Positions 29,122 to 39,719 of a stretch of 64,000 nt of DNA are shown here, in pieces (position 1 is the first letter of the stretch; every line of letters starts with the position of its first letter). Source of the stretch: Bacteroidota bacterium (GTDB lineage Bacteria; Bacteroidota; Bacteroidia; Bacteroidales; JAAUTT01). Location: the NCBI GenBank assembly GCA_020048915.1, contig JAIFLU010000027.1, forward strand, positions 7,614 through 71,613, given 5' to 3'. The position numbers were made by a program, and so were the translations under genes. The notes under the pieces are model-generated. The model had not been told where the DNA came from, ran no database searches, and saw only the letters and a program-made list of their open reading frames with translations.

Positions 29122-30612
29122 ATGACAAACCGACGCAGTTTTATCAAAAGTGCTGCAGCAGGAATAGCAGGAACCGCTTTTGCTGGTCCGCTCCTGGCCA
29201 ATAATGCGCAACATTCATTTTATACTTCCGGGGCCGGGAACGGCAATTCGGGCGACACCGCTTCAGCAATTAGAAAATACAGGATGCGCGATGTAGAAAT
29301 ACGTCTGCTCGATATACAGGGCAAACCCCTCAGAAACATGCCGGTGGAAATATCGCTTCAGAATCATGCTTTTTTGTTTGGCGACTGCAATCCTCAAATG
29401 GACAGCTTGTTCCGTCGTGGTTCTGCTGTTGCAGAAAAGCTGGATGTTTACCGTAAAGTTTTTGCAGGCACACTGAATGCCGTTAACTCCACCTGTTACT
29501 GGACCGAACGGCCACGTAACAATATGGCTAAAACGGAAGCCTATCAGGGTGAATACAAACTCGATGGCTTTACTGATACCGTAAACTGGGGAAATGCCAA
29601 CGGACTCACCGTGAAAGGTCATCCGCTGTTCTGGACCGTTCCTAAGGCTGTACCCGACTGGATGGCGAAATACGATTACGAGACCCAGATGAAGTTTCTT
29701 GAAGTTCGACTGCGCAGTATTGTTGGTAGGTTCAAAGGAAAAGTGAAACTGTGGGATGCCGTGAATGAAATGCTATGGGAACCGGCGCTCAAGAACCTGT
29801 TAAAGCGCGACTGGCCTTATATGGAAACGCTGGATAACATGGCCGAATATATTTCGTTTGTCCTGAAAATTTGCCGTGAGGAAGACCCGGCAGCCCTGTT
29901 CCTGCTGAACGATTATGGCCTGGAAAAAGATCATAATGCCAAACCGCAACTCCAGGCTAACGACAACGACCCAAATGCCGCCAACGAAGCAGGATTGAGG
30001 GCAAAAGACGGAACACTTGTAAATGCCCGCCTTCAGCGCAAGCGATACCTGGAACTTGTAAACAGGTTGAAAGATATGGGATATTCGCCTTCGGCCATCG
30101 GTATGCAGGGTCACTCAGGTGCAGTAACCACCAGCGAACAAATGGCTTTCTACGACGAAATGGCAACAGCAGGTCTGCCTTTGCATGTAACAGAATTCTG
30201 GGCCCATCCGGCCGACTTTGGCGAAGATTTCCAAAAGCTGCCTAAAAACGAACAGGAGCTTAAGATAGCTGAGTATGTAAAGCAGTTTCTTACCAATGCC
30301 TTTGCTCATCCGTCTATCGAGAGCTTTTTCTTCTGGGGTTTTATGGGCATGGCAACCGAGTGGCACGAAGGAGATGCACCCGTTTACCTCGAAAAGCCGG
30401 TGCTAAAAACGGTGACCGACCTGATAAAAAAAGAATGGAATACCCGTGAAAAGCTTACCACCAATGGCGATGGCGTAGTAAAATTCAGAGGTTTTTATGG
30501 TGATTACCAGCTCAAATATGCTATTCCCGCGAAAAATAACGGCTTTTTAGCTATTCCTTTCAAGGTGGGAAAATACGAGAATATGCCCTTTCAGTTTAAC
30601 TTATTAACTTAA
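29122..30612 (+). CDS. Tat-exported GH10-like (clan GH-A) glycoside hydrolase
   Basis: Twin-arginine signal MTNRRSFIKSAAAG. GHPLFW and KLWDAVNEM (GH10-type acid/base NE), LHVTEFW (nucleophile position) and IGMQGH. Confidence 0.6.
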   Translation: MTNRRSFIKSAAAGIAGTAFAGPLLANNAQHSFYTSGAGNGNSGDTASAIRKYRMRDVEIRLLDIQGKPLRNMPVEISLQNHAFLFGDCNPQMDSLFRRGSAVAEKLDVYRKVFAGTLNAVNSTCYWTERPRNNMAKTEAYQGEYKLDGFTDTVNWGNANGLTVKGHPLFWTVPKAVPDWMAKYDYETQMKFLEVRLRSIVGRFKGKVKLWDAVNEMLWEPALKNLLKRDWPYMETLDNMAEYISFVLKICREEDPAALFLLNDYGLEKDHNAKPQLQANDNDPNAANEAGLRAKDGTLVNARLQRKRYLELVNRLKDMGYSPSAIGMQGHSGAVTTSEQMAFYDEMATAGLPLHVTEFWAHPADFGEDFQKLPKNEQELKIAEYVKQFLTNAFAHPSIESFFFWGFMGMATEWHEGDAPVYLEKPVLKTVTDLIKKEWNTREKLTTNGDGVVKFRGFYGDYQLKYAIPAKNNGFLAIPFKVGKYENMPFQFNLLT

Positions 30613-30616
30613 TATC

Positions 30617-32131
30617 ATGCTTTACAAATACAGATTTCTGTTAATTACATTACTTTTTATTAATATTCCTCTTCATGCACAAACGTTCAACATTACAAAG
30701 TTTGGCGCCAAAGGCGATGGCAAAACCCTGAACACGAAAGCCATCCAAAATGCCATCGATAAGGCTTTTCAAGTCGGAGGCGGAAGTGTAGTAATAAATA
30801 ACGGAACTTATCTTTCGGGAACCATTTTTCTAAAGTCGAATGTCACCCTTCGCATCGAAGCCGGTGCCACTCTGCTGGGTTCACCCAATATTGCCGATTA
30901 CAAGGAGTTAACCTGGGGTCATAACCGCGACCGCCAGCCTTATCACCTGATTGTTGCCGACAGCACCGAAAATGTAACTATCGAAGGCAACGGAATTATT
31001 GATGGAAACGGACTGGCATTCTGGGCAGATTATGAAAAAGATGCTTCCGGGAATATGGTGGTTCCCCGCTGGATCAGGCCAAAAGACAAAAAAATCAGTC
31101 CGCTGGTGGAAATTACCCGAAGCCGGAACATCAACGTGCGGGATGTTACCGTTAAAACCGGCGGAGGTTGGAACCTGCACCTTTTTAATTGCGATGTGGC
31201 AAAGGTAAGAGGGGTGAACATTGTAAACAGTCTTTACAGTCCGAACTCCGATGGTATCGACATTACAGGATGCAACGATGTAATCGTTTCCGACTGTTAC
31301 ATCAAAACCTGCGACGATGCCATATGCCTGAAAACAACCGCCGACAGTCGCGAATGCCACCGGATAACCGTTACCAATTGCGTTATCGAGACCTTATGTG
31401 TAGGCCTGAAAATGGGATGCGTGGAATCGAACAAAGACATGACCGATGTGACATTCAGTAATTGCATCATCAACAATTCGTCGCGGGCAATTGGCATTTA
31501 TGTAAAAGATGGCGCTGTTTACGACCGAATCACCATTTCGAATGTTACGGCCAGCACCAATGCCCCGCTTGTGTTTAACAGGCCGCTTCAAATCATGGTA
31601 AATCAATTGAAAGATACCAGTAAACTGGGAGGAATACGAAATGTTGCCGTCAGTAATTTTATTTGTGAAACCGAAGGCCGCATCCTGCTTACCTGCCAGG
31701 AAGGGGGCTTTATCGAAAATGTTATACTCAGGGATATTGTTTTGCGGTACCCCATGATTGAAGATCCGCGGCTTTACCTATCGGGATCTGGCAGTTCGCA
31801 GTTTCCCAAAACCAAGGACCATCCCGAAGCAGTGGGTGCACATGCAGCAGTTGTAGCCGAAAATATCAAAAACCTGGTGGTCGATAACCTGATCATCGAC
31901 TGGCCTTCAGGTTCTGAAACCCCAAAAGCATGGCAACATCCCGAAAGAATTGAAAACGGAACAGCTCGCATCCACAAGCCCGTTTATTCCAAAGCCCGGC
32001 AAGCTGAGTTCAGCGCAGTCTGGGGGAATAAGCTTTCAGGAGGATATATCCGTATTCCGCTGGCAATCTCGTCATCGACAGAAATGCCGGTTACCAAAAT
32101 TGAAAATTCCACTATCAAATTAATCGAATAA
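30617..32131 (+). CDS. GH28 family glycoside hydrolase (polygalacturonase / rhamnogalacturonase-like)
   Basis: FNITKFGAKGDGKTLNTKAIQNAIDKA...NNGTYLSGTIFLKSNVTLRIEAGATLLGS; NSDGIDITGCNDVIVSDCYIKTCDDAICLK. Confidence 0.85.
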   Translation: MLYKYRFLLITLLFINIPLHAQTFNITKFGAKGDGKTLNTKAIQNAIDKAFQVGGGSVVINNGTYLSGTIFLKSNVTLRIEAGATLLGSPNIADYKELTWGHNRDRQPYHLIVADSTENVTIEGNGIIDGNGLAFWADYEKDASGNMVVPRWIRPKDKKISPLVEITRSRNINVRDVTVKTGGGWNLHLFNCDVAKVRGVNIVNSLYSPNSDGIDITGCNDVIVSDCYIKTCDDAICLKTTADSRECHRITVTNCVIETLCVGLKMGCVESNKDMTDVTFSNCIINNSSRAIGIYVKDGAVYDRITISNVTASTNAPLVFNRPLQIMVNQLKDTSKLGGIRNVAVSNFICETEGRILLTCQEGGFIENVILRDIVLRYPMIEDPRLYLSGSGSSQFPKTKDHPEAVGAHAAVVAENIKNLVVDNLIIDWPSGSETPKAWQHPERIENGTARIHKPVYSKARQAEFSAVWGNKLSGGYIRIPLAISSSTEMPVTKIENSTIKLIE

Positions 32132-32189
32132 AACCTAATAAAGGAGCGGTCTTGAACCATTTGGATACAACTTCTGCAAAATAATTAAT

Positions 32190-34373
32190 ATGAAAAAACT
32201 TTTTTATCTCTTATTTCTCATTCCTGTCTTGGCGTTTTCGCAGCAGAACGACGAATACCTCACTTCGCTTTACGATAAACTGCACGATTCGCCTATGCAG
32301 CAAAAATTAAAACAAATTGCTCCTATGCCTTTTGGGGTGGTTTTCCTGCCATGGGCCGGTTGCACAGAACAGGATATGCGCCATCATTTCCGCATGATGA
32401 AAGAATTGGGTTTTACCAACCTGAAACAAACCATGGCAACACCCGAGTGGCCCGAGAATGAAATCCTGCGTATAGCCCTCGAGGAAGGCATTATTCCCTT
32501 CTGGTATGGCGAAGGCGGCTGGGAACCCATCACCCCCGAGCTTCTGAAGAAACTGAATATTCCAGCAAAAACACCCATGGCCGAAATCCGCAAACACCCA
32601 AAAATGCTGGAATATCAGAAACAAGTAATGTACAAACACCTCGAGGTCTGGAAGAAAAACAAACGCTCTTACAACGGGAAAATCTATTTTCATGAAGCAG
32701 ATGCCTATCTGCGTACCGCTGATGTTGCACCTTTTAAGGAATGGGTTAAAAAGCATTATAAAACCATAGAAGAACTGACAAAAGCCTGGAATCATTACGA
32801 AGTGGGCATTCGCGACAAACCTTACCAGTCGTGGGCCGATTTCGATAGCGATCCGCTGGTAAAATCCATTCCTGGAAGTGACGAGATTATCCCGTCGGCA
32901 GGACGCGAATACGGTCAGGTTCGCGACATTCTGCGGTTTAAAGCCGACATGAACATCGAATATATCCGCCAGACTGTTGTTTCCGATTTTCCGGAGCAAC
33001 CCGTAAGGGCCGGTGGCGAAATGGGGCTCTTTCTGCCATTCGCATCACGCGGGACCGACATGGAAGGTATTGCCGAAACCATGCGCGACCGGGGATCGTT
33101 CTATCCTTCCATCCACCTGGCATGGCATTACGAGGAAACGGATTACGAGGTGGCCCGCTGCATTTACATGCAATCGTCCATTTGTACCGACTGGTTCAAA
33201 GGTGGTTGGGCGGCAACCTGGGAAAGTACCGGCGGTCCTCAGCAGTTCAGCGGCGGCAAAGGCTGGGACCGCAAAGGAAACGAAGGCACAGCCGGTTTCA
33301 CAGTGGATGCCGGCACTATGACGCAATTACTTCTCTCATATCTGGCTGGCGGTTTTAAAGGTGTTGGCTTGTGGTCGTGGAATTACCGTCAGGCAGGTTG
33401 GGAGTCGGGCGAATATGCGTTGCTGAACCGTCAGAACGAACCGGGAGAAAGAGCCATAAAGGCCGGACAGATTGCCAAAGCGGCTGATAAATACCGCGAC
33501 GAACTGTGGCAGGCGCATAAAGAACCTGCCGTTGGTGTATTTGTCAACTGGGATAACGAGGCGATTTGGTCTGCTTGTGCCGGTCCTAACCGTACGCATT
33601 TCAAGCATTATCCGGTTCAGGCAAGGATTGGCATCAGCAGGGCGCTTATCAACGCCAACATTCCCTGGGAGCATGTAACTCCTTCGGATTTAAAGGCTGG
33701 TCTCGGTCCCCGGTATAAAGTTATTTACCTGCCTGCCCATGCAGCCATCAACGAAGAGCTTTTACCTATCTTCGAATCTTTTGTAAAACAAGGTGGTCGC
33801 CTTATTCTTGATGCACCGGGTGGTTGGTGGAACGAACATGGGAAAGTCCTGAATACTGGGAAAGGATCGGCCTTTGAAAAAATATTCGGCGCTTCACTGG
33901 CCGATTTTCAGTATTCGAACAATGTTTCTGAAAAACTGGAGAACTATACATTAAATGGGTTCTATCTCGATATTCAGCCTACCACTTCAACTATAGCTGA
34001 AAAATTCAACTCTGGCAGAGTGGCTGTTACCGAGAATAAGTTGGGAAAAGGTACAGCCGTGATTTTATCTCCCGATGTTTCGTTTTCGATGAAGCGCCCA
34101 GGCAACGATTTCATGGAAAAATGGGCGGTAAAGCATATTCTCAGCAAGAGGCCTTTAAAATATTTATGCAATGGAGCCATTGTTTACAGGCTGGCTTCTC
34201 CTTTGGCTGACCACTATTTTTTTATCAACGATGATGAAGCCAAAGATGTACAGTTTAACACTTTATACAAATATAAACAGGTGAGCGATGCCATTACCGG
34301 AGAAAAGCTGGAACCGGGAGCACAGATTCATCTGGAACGCTTCAGCGGCAGATGGTTGAGATTCGAAAAGTGA
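32190..34373 (+). CDS. GH42-like protein (TIM-barrel N-terminus plus beta-galactosidase trimerisation-like domain)
   Basis: Signal peptide. YKVIYLPAHAAINEELLPIFESFVKQGGRLILDAPGGWW resembles the class-I glutamine-amidotransferase-like domain of GH42. The catalytic motifs are not obvious to me. Confidence 0.5.
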   Translation: MKKLFYLLFLIPVLAFSQQNDEYLTSLYDKLHDSPMQQKLKQIAPMPFGVVFLPWAGCTEQDMRHHFRMMKELGFTNLKQTMATPEWPENEILRIALEEGIIPFWYGEGGWEPITPELLKKLNIPAKTPMAEIRKHPKMLEYQKQVMYKHLEVWKKNKRSYNGKIYFHEADAYLRTADVAPFKEWVKKHYKTIEELTKAWNHYEVGIRDKPYQSWADFDSDPLVKSIPGSDEIIPSAGREYGQVRDILRFKADMNIEYIRQTVVSDFPEQPVRAGGEMGLFLPFASRGTDMEGIAETMRDRGSFYPSIHLAWHYEETDYEVARCIYMQSSICTDWFKGGWAATWESTGGPQQFSGGKGWDRKGNEGTAGFTVDAGTMTQLLLSYLAGGFKGVGLWSWNYRQAGWESGEYALLNRQNEPGERAIKAGQIAKAADKYRDELWQAHKEPAVGVFVNWDNEAIWSACAGPNRTHFKHYPVQARIGISRALINANIPWEHVTPSDLKAGLGPRYKVIYLPAHAAINEELLPIFESFVKQGGRLILDAPGGWWNEHGKVLNTGKGSAFEKIFGASLADFQYSNNVSEKLENYTLNGFYLDIQPTTSTIAEKFNSGRVAVTENKLGKGTAVILSPDVSFSMKRPGNDFMEKWAVKHILSKRPLKYLCNGAIVYRLASPLADHYFFINDDEAKDVQFNTLYKYKQVSDAITGEKLEPGAQIHLERFSGRWLRFEK

Positions 34374-34412
34374 AAATTTTGCGGTAATTGAACTACTTAT
34401 AGGAGATAATTA

Positions 34413-34451
34413 CACGGAGAACCACAGAGATGGCACAGAGAACCACAGAGA
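34413..34451. repeat. Tandem pair of the short motif CACrGAGAACCACAGAGA (period 21 nt)
   Basis: CACGGAGAACCACAGAGA-TGG-CACAGAGAACCACAGAGA, just downstream of the stop at 34373. The same 17-mer recurs at 41496-41512. Confidence 0.8.
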
Positions 34452-34598
34452 AAAAAACTATTTTATATCTTTTTTTGGGTGAAGTATCTGAACTTTTGAA
34501 AGAAACACTTCTGCTTTTAGGCAATAAAGTTAATTGTCGTCAAAAAGCAGTTGAATTTTTATAATTTTCAATACTTAATTTACTCTTTACCTGACTTA

Positions 34599-37592
34599 AT
34601 GAAACGAAGACAATTTTTACAATATACATCCCTCACTGCTGCAGGAGTTACGCTGAGCGGATATTACGGATTTTCACAAGTTTCCGGAGCTGAAAACAAA
34701 CAGCAGCTTTTGACCATACGCGACAGTGACGTAAGCGTAATAGCCGACGTAGATGTGGTTGTGGCCGGAGGTTCTGCTGCCGGAATAGCTGCGGCTGTGA
34801 GTGCAGTCCGCAAAGGAGCCTCAGTTTTTGTTGTTGTCGCAGAGCCATACCTCGGAGCCGATATTTGCGGAACTCTTCGTTTGTGGGACATTGGCAAAGG
34901 CAAACAAACTCCTTTCTCGCAAAGCTTACTGAATAACGGTAAGGTTCCGGAACCGCTGCATGTAAAGAAAACGCTTCAGAATTACTTAATTACCAATAAT
35001 ATTCCTTTTCTGCTTTCATCGTTTGTCGGCGGAATCATTACCGATTCCCGGAACGAGATTGGTGGAATTGTGATCACCAACCGGTCGGGCGAGCAGATAA
35101 TCAAAGCCAAAACGATTATTGATGCTACCGAAAATTGCAGTGTGGCCAGGCTCACAGGTGCTAAATTCCGGGAAATTATCGGGAAATCCTCTGAGTTCCG
35201 GTATACCGCAATTGGCAATATGCCTGTAAGCGGCCTAAACTACAGGAGTCTGCCCAACCTTGTCAGCAATGGCAAAACCTATCCGGTTACCGAATATTCT
35301 TTTAAAGAAGAAAAAAAACCTGAAAGCTTTGCCGATTTTCAGAAACTTGAACAAAACATCAGAGACAAAACCTGGGATGTCGATCAGGTTGATTCTACCG
35401 ATATTCTTTTCGAAATCCCCGCTGCCAATGTTGTTTGCAAAACAGCAAAGCCGGTTCCTTTCTCCGATGCCGGGCAATTCCCCCTGGAAGCCTTGCAGCC
35501 CTTTGGCCTAAACCGCTTATTTATTCTCAACGGTTATTCCGGAGTAAATTTTGAAGATAAAGAGGCTATGCTTCTTCCAGGCAATATGATGGCTCTTGGA
35601 GAACGCCTCGGTAGTCTGGTGGCCGATACTGCCCAAAAGCTCGAAAAGGTGAATTCAACCCGCATGCTGAGCCGTAATCTTCATTCGAAAACAGCATCCG
35701 AGGGGATAATCAGCCATAAAAAAGTACGCCCAAATCATCACCTCGATACTTTTAAAATAGAATCGGAAAGTCTTCCCGTTATAGGAACTTTTGAAAACAT
35801 AATAGTGGGTGGCGGAACAGCCGGAGCCTGTGCTGCCATATCCTCAGCTCGATATGGAGCCAGCACCCTTGTAATTGAATACCTGCACGGATTGGGCGGA
35901 ATAGGTACCATGGGTTTGATAGGCCGATATTGGGTTGGCTTTCGCGGAGGTTTTACCAAAGAAATTGACGAAGGGGTGAGGAAAATGGCGTCTCCAGATC
36001 ATCCACGCCAAAAAAAGAATGCTTCGGAGTGGGTGAAGGACTGGAAAATGGAGTGGTACCGGCGTGAGATTCAGAAAGCAGGAGGGCTCATTTGGTTTGG
36101 CGCTTTGGTTTGCGGAGCCTTGGTTGATAAAAACGTTGTGAAAGGGGTAATTGTTTCTACTCCTTTCGGAAAAGGTGCTGTATTGGCTAAAAATGTGATC
36201 GACTCTACGGGATCGGCCGATGTTGCCATTGCTGCAGGAGCTTCCTATGAGTTTGTTGATGCCTCCTCGGTGGCTGTGCAGGGAGCCGGACTCCCTCCTG
36301 TAGAACTGAATGATCATTATAATAACACCGATTATACATTTACCGACGATACCGATGTTCAGGATGTTACGAGGACCATTGTGACAGGTACGCAAAAATT
36401 CAACGATATTTACGATGTCGGGAAATTACCCCAGACGCGTGAGCGCCGGAGGATCATCAGCGATTATCGAGTTACGGCTATGGATATGGTAAACAAACGA
36501 AGTTACAGCGACACCATATCTTATCACTACAGCTCATTCGACACACACGGGTACACCATCGATCCTTACTTTATTATCACACCGCCTGCTGATTCTTCGG
36601 TGAATATGTTTGTTAACGTTCCGCTCCGCGCGCTTCTGCCAAAAAACCTTGAAAATATAATTGTCACAGGTTTGGGAGCTGGCGCTGAACGGGATGCCAT
36701 GCCTATCATACGCATGCAGCCTTGTTTGCAGAACCAGGGATTTTCAGTGGGAATGCTGACAGCATCGGCGGCAAAAGCAGGAAAGAATTTCAGGTCGGTC
36801 GATTTTGGAAACGTGCAGAAGGAAATTGTAAACCTGGGCATTCTTCCGAAGGAATCGGCAAGCAGCGCCACAATTCATCCTCCAACGGACGATCAGATCA
36901 GAAAGGCTATCCGTGCTATGATCAATAATTTCGAGCAGATTGAACTAGTGGTGTGGGATAAAGTAAGAGGCCTGAAGCTGTTAAAGGAGGAGTTTAACAA
37001 CACTTCAGATTCTAATCTGAAAACCAAATGTGCCATTATCCTCGGATTTTACGGCGACCCTTATGTCTGCAAGGTTTTGATAGATGAAGCCGGCAGGTTC
37101 CAGGAATGGGATAAAGGATGGAACTACCGCGGCATGGGTCAGTTTGGGATGTCGGCTGGTTATCTCGACGGAGTGGTTATGGCGCTCGGTAAAACGGGAC
37201 ACAATGATGGTTTTGAAACCGTCAAACGTTTTGCAGAATTGCTGAAACCTGAAAGTGAACTCTCGCATTTCCGCGCAGTTGCCGAAGCTTTTGCGGGTAT
37301 TAGAGGTAAGAATGCCACGCCCGTTCTTCACAAACTTTTATCCTTGCCCGGGGTTTCCGGACATCATATAACCAATCTGAACGATGCGCTCAAAACGGTG
37401 AAACAGGATACCAACGATAACTCAATACGGAATAACTGCCTCCGGGAATTGTTCCTTGTCCGCGCCCTTTATCTGTGCGGAGATTTCAATTCGAAAGGAA
37501 AAGAAATCCTTGAAAATTATGACAACGACCTTCATGGCCCATATGCGCAGCACGCACAATCAATTTTAAATGCACAAAAACATACTATTTAA
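34599..37592 (+). CDS. Tat-exported FAD-dependent oxidoreductase with two tandem FAD-binding modules and a helical C-terminal region
   Basis: Tat signal MKRRQFLQYTSLTAAG, with start taken at 34599. Two dinucleotide-binding motifs: DVVVAGGSAAGIAAAVSA and IIVGGGTAGACAAISSARYGA. Confidence 0.7.
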   Translation: MKRRQFLQYTSLTAAGVTLSGYYGFSQVSGAENKQQLLTIRDSDVSVIADVDVVVAGGSAAGIAAAVSAVRKGASVFVVVAEPYLGADICGTLRLWDIGKGKQTPFSQSLLNNGKVPEPLHVKKTLQNYLITNNIPFLLSSFVGGIITDSRNEIGGIVITNRSGEQIIKAKTIIDATENCSVARLTGAKFREIIGKSSEFRYTAIGNMPVSGLNYRSLPNLVSNGKTYPVTEYSFKEEKKPESFADFQKLEQNIRDKTWDVDQVDSTDILFEIPAANVVCKTAKPVPFSDAGQFPLEALQPFGLNRLFILNGYSGVNFEDKEAMLLPGNMMALGERLGSLVADTAQKLEKVNSTRMLSRNLHSKTASEGIISHKKVRPNHHLDTFKIESESLPVIGTFENIIVGGGTAGACAAISSARYGASTLVIEYLHGLGGIGTMGLIGRYWVGFRGGFTKEIDEGVRKMASPDHPRQKKNASEWVKDWKMEWYRREIQKAGGLIWFGALVCGALVDKNVVKGVIVSTPFGKGAVLAKNVIDSTGSADVAIAAGASYEFVDASSVAVQGAGLPPVELNDHYNNTDYTFTDDTDVQDVTRTIVTGTQKFNDIYDVGKLPQTRERRRIISDYRVTAMDMVNKRSYSDTISYHYSSFDTHGYTIDPYFIITPPADSSVNMFVNVPLRALLPKNLENIIVTGLGAGAERDAMPIIRMQPCLQNQGFSVGMLTASAAKAGKNFRSVDFGNVQKEIVNLGILPKESASSATIHPPTDDQIRKAIRAMINNFEQIELVVWDKVRGLKLLKEEFNNTSDSNLKTKCAIILGFYGDPYVCKVLIDEAGRFQEWDKGWNYRGMGQFGMSAGYLDGVVMALGKTGHNDGFETVKRFAELLKPESELSHFRAVAEAFAGIRGKNATPVLHKLLSLPGVSGHHITNLNDALKTVKQDTNDNSIRNNCLRELFLVRALYLCGDFNSKGKEILENYDNDLHGPYAQHAQSILNAQKHTI

Positions 37593-37593
37593 C

Positions 37594-39696
37594 ATGCGAA
37601 AATTTTGCTGTTTTTCAATCATTGCTTTATTTATCTGCACCATTTCTTATTCGCAGAAAGCTGAGTTGCTTTTTCCGGTAAAAAACCTGATGCCGGTAGG
37701 CGCCTATTATTATCCCGAGCACTGGGAAAGGAATCAGTGGAGCCGCGACATGAAAAGAATGGCCGAACTCGGTTTTTCTTTTACCCATATGGCCGAGTTT
37801 GCATGGGCCAACCTGGAACCCGAAGAAGGGAAATTCGATTTTGAATGGCTCGACTACTGCATTGCCGAAGCCGCCAAAAACGGTTTGAAGGTGATTCTTT
37901 GTACTCCTTCGCCTTGTCCGCCTGCCTGGCTCACCAGCAAGCACCCGGAAGTCCTTCTGGTGAACGAAGCCGGAGTCCGGCTGGCGCATAATGGCAACCG
38001 GATGCATGCCAATCAGAATCACCCGGTTTACAAAAGGTACATTGAGCGAATAGTGACCGAAATGGCCAAACGCTATGGAAACGATAAGCACATCTGGGGT
38101 TGGCAGATCGACAACGAGCCACACCTTGCCAGTTTGTACGATTATTCGGATTTTGCCCAGACCGATTTTATTGAATGGCTTAAAAAGAAATACAACACCA
38201 TTGCCCAGTTAAACAAAGCCTGGGGAGCTGCTTTCTGGAGCGGTACTTATAACAGCTTCGATCAGATCCGCATTCCGAACGAAAAGGAATCGTCGAACAA
38301 TCCGCATGCGCTACTCGATTTCAAAAGATACACCGCAGATGCCTTGGCCTTGTCGATTCGTACCCAGGCCATTCTGCTTCGGAAAAATATAAATGCCGGT
38401 CAGTGGATTACCACCAATTATGCCTATTACAAATTTTTACCGCCGGTAGATCTATTCCGCAACAAGGGCGACCTCGACTTTGCCTCCCACACCATGTACC
38501 TGCTGAGCACTTTTTTGAATTATCCTGAAGGAAACCTCAATTACCGGCTGGGCAGCGGCATGGAGCTCTCGTTCTCGAACGAGATGGCCCATTCTATCGA
38601 AGGATTCACCGGAATTATGGAGTTGCAACCCGGACAGATTAACTGGGGGAAATACAATGCCCAGCCTCTTCCTGGAGCAGTGAGGATGTGGATATGGCAC
38701 AGCTTCGGTTTGGGCGACAAGTTTACCTGCACCTACCGCTTTCGTCAACCGTTGTTTGGCGGCGAGCAATACCACAAAGGCATCATGGAAACCGACGGTG
38801 TTACTGTTGCTCGGGGTGGAAAGGAATACTTACAGGCCATTGGCGAAATCAAAAGCCTGGAAAAATTTTTCGATGCAAAAGCACAAATACCCGCTGAACT
38901 GAAATCGCGAAAAACCGCTTTTTTATGGAAGCAGGACAACCTCTGGGAAATGATGTCGAGTGCACATACCCAGTCGTGGGACACCTGGCAGCATTATTAC
39001 ACCTACTACCAAAGCCTGAAGTCGATGGGCGTTCCGATTACCTTTATCCGCGAAAGCGACAACTTCGACCCCAAAGAATTCCCGTTTATGATCGCTCCGG
39101 CTTATTCCATGGTCGATTCGGCAATTGTAAACAAATGGCAAAAATATGTTGAAGATGGTGGCAACCTGATCCTGAGCTGCCGTACCGGAAGCAAGGACAA
39201 TAACGGTCATTTTCATGAAACTTTGTTGCAGCAACCTATCTGGAAACTCATCGGGGCAAAGGTGGAAGACACCGATCAGCTCCCACCTTCGGTTACAGGA
39301 AAAATAAAATCGGGGAACAGCACCTACGACTGGAACATTTGGGGCGAACTGCTCACTCCCGACAAAGGCACTGAAACACTGGCCACCTTTGCCGATCAGT
39401 TTTATGCAGGAACTGCTGCTGTTACAACCCGAAAAGCAGGAAAAGGCAGTATTACTTATTTGGGTGTGTGGACAGGAAAAACAGCATTCGAAAAATCAAT
39501 TCTGAAAACGGTTTATCAGCGTGCCGGGGCTAAAATCCTTGATCTTCCCGATTATGTTTTTATTGAATGGCGTGACGGCTTCTGGGTAGCAGTAAACTAC
39601 ACTTCCGAAAATTTCAATTTACCAATTCCTGCTGAAGCTAAAATCATCCTCGGCAACAAGGAATTAAAACCGGGAGAAGTAACGGTATGGAAATGA
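37594..39696 (+). CDS. GH42 beta-galactosidase
   Basis: Start taken at MRKFCCFSIIALF (37594). GAYYYPEHW...MAEFAWANLEPEEGKFDFEWLD...KVILCTPSPCPPAWL...WQIDNEP. Confidence 0.85.
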   Translation: MRKFCCFSIIALFICTISYSQKAELLFPVKNLMPVGAYYYPEHWERNQWSRDMKRMAELGFSFTHMAEFAWANLEPEEGKFDFEWLDYCIAEAAKNGLKVILCTPSPCPPAWLTSKHPEVLLVNEAGVRLAHNGNRMHANQNHPVYKRYIERIVTEMAKRYGNDKHIWGWQIDNEPHLASLYDYSDFAQTDFIEWLKKKYNTIAQLNKAWGAAFWSGTYNSFDQIRIPNEKESSNNPHALLDFKRYTADALALSIRTQAILLRKNINAGQWITTNYAYYKFLPPVDLFRNKGDLDFASHTMYLLSTFLNYPEGNLNYRLGSGMELSFSNEMAHSIEGFTGIMELQPGQINWGKYNAQPLPGAVRMWIWHSFGLGDKFTCTYRFRQPLFGGEQYHKGIMETDGVTVARGGKEYLQAIGEIKSLEKFFDAKAQIPAELKSRKTAFLWKQDNLWEMMSSAHTQSWDTWQHYYTYYQSLKSMGVPITFIRESDNFDPKEFPFMIAPAYSMVDSAIVNKWQKYVEDGGNLILSCRTGSKDNNGHFHETLLQQPIWKLIGAKVEDTDQLPPSVTGKIKSGNSTYDWNIWGELLTPDKGTETLATFADQFYAGTAAVTTRKAGKGSITYLGVWTGKTAFEKSILKTVYQRAGAKILDLPDYVFIEWRDGFWVAVNYTSENFNLPIPAEAKIILGNKELKPGEVTVWK

Positions 39697-39719
39697 AAAC
39701 AGACATGAGTATTAACAAA

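Noticed and set aside
34551-34598. ORF-track N-terminal extension of the FAD protein, and similar extensions at 37570-37593, 26817-26885, 13710-13730, 48489-48497 and 52672-52680
   Set aside because: In most cases a downstream ATG gives a canonical Sec, Tat or lipoprotein signal directly. For 13710-13730, 48489-48497 and 52672-52680 the track start is a GTG or TTG and the first ATG was taken instead, with no signal peptide. The upstream codons look non-coding.
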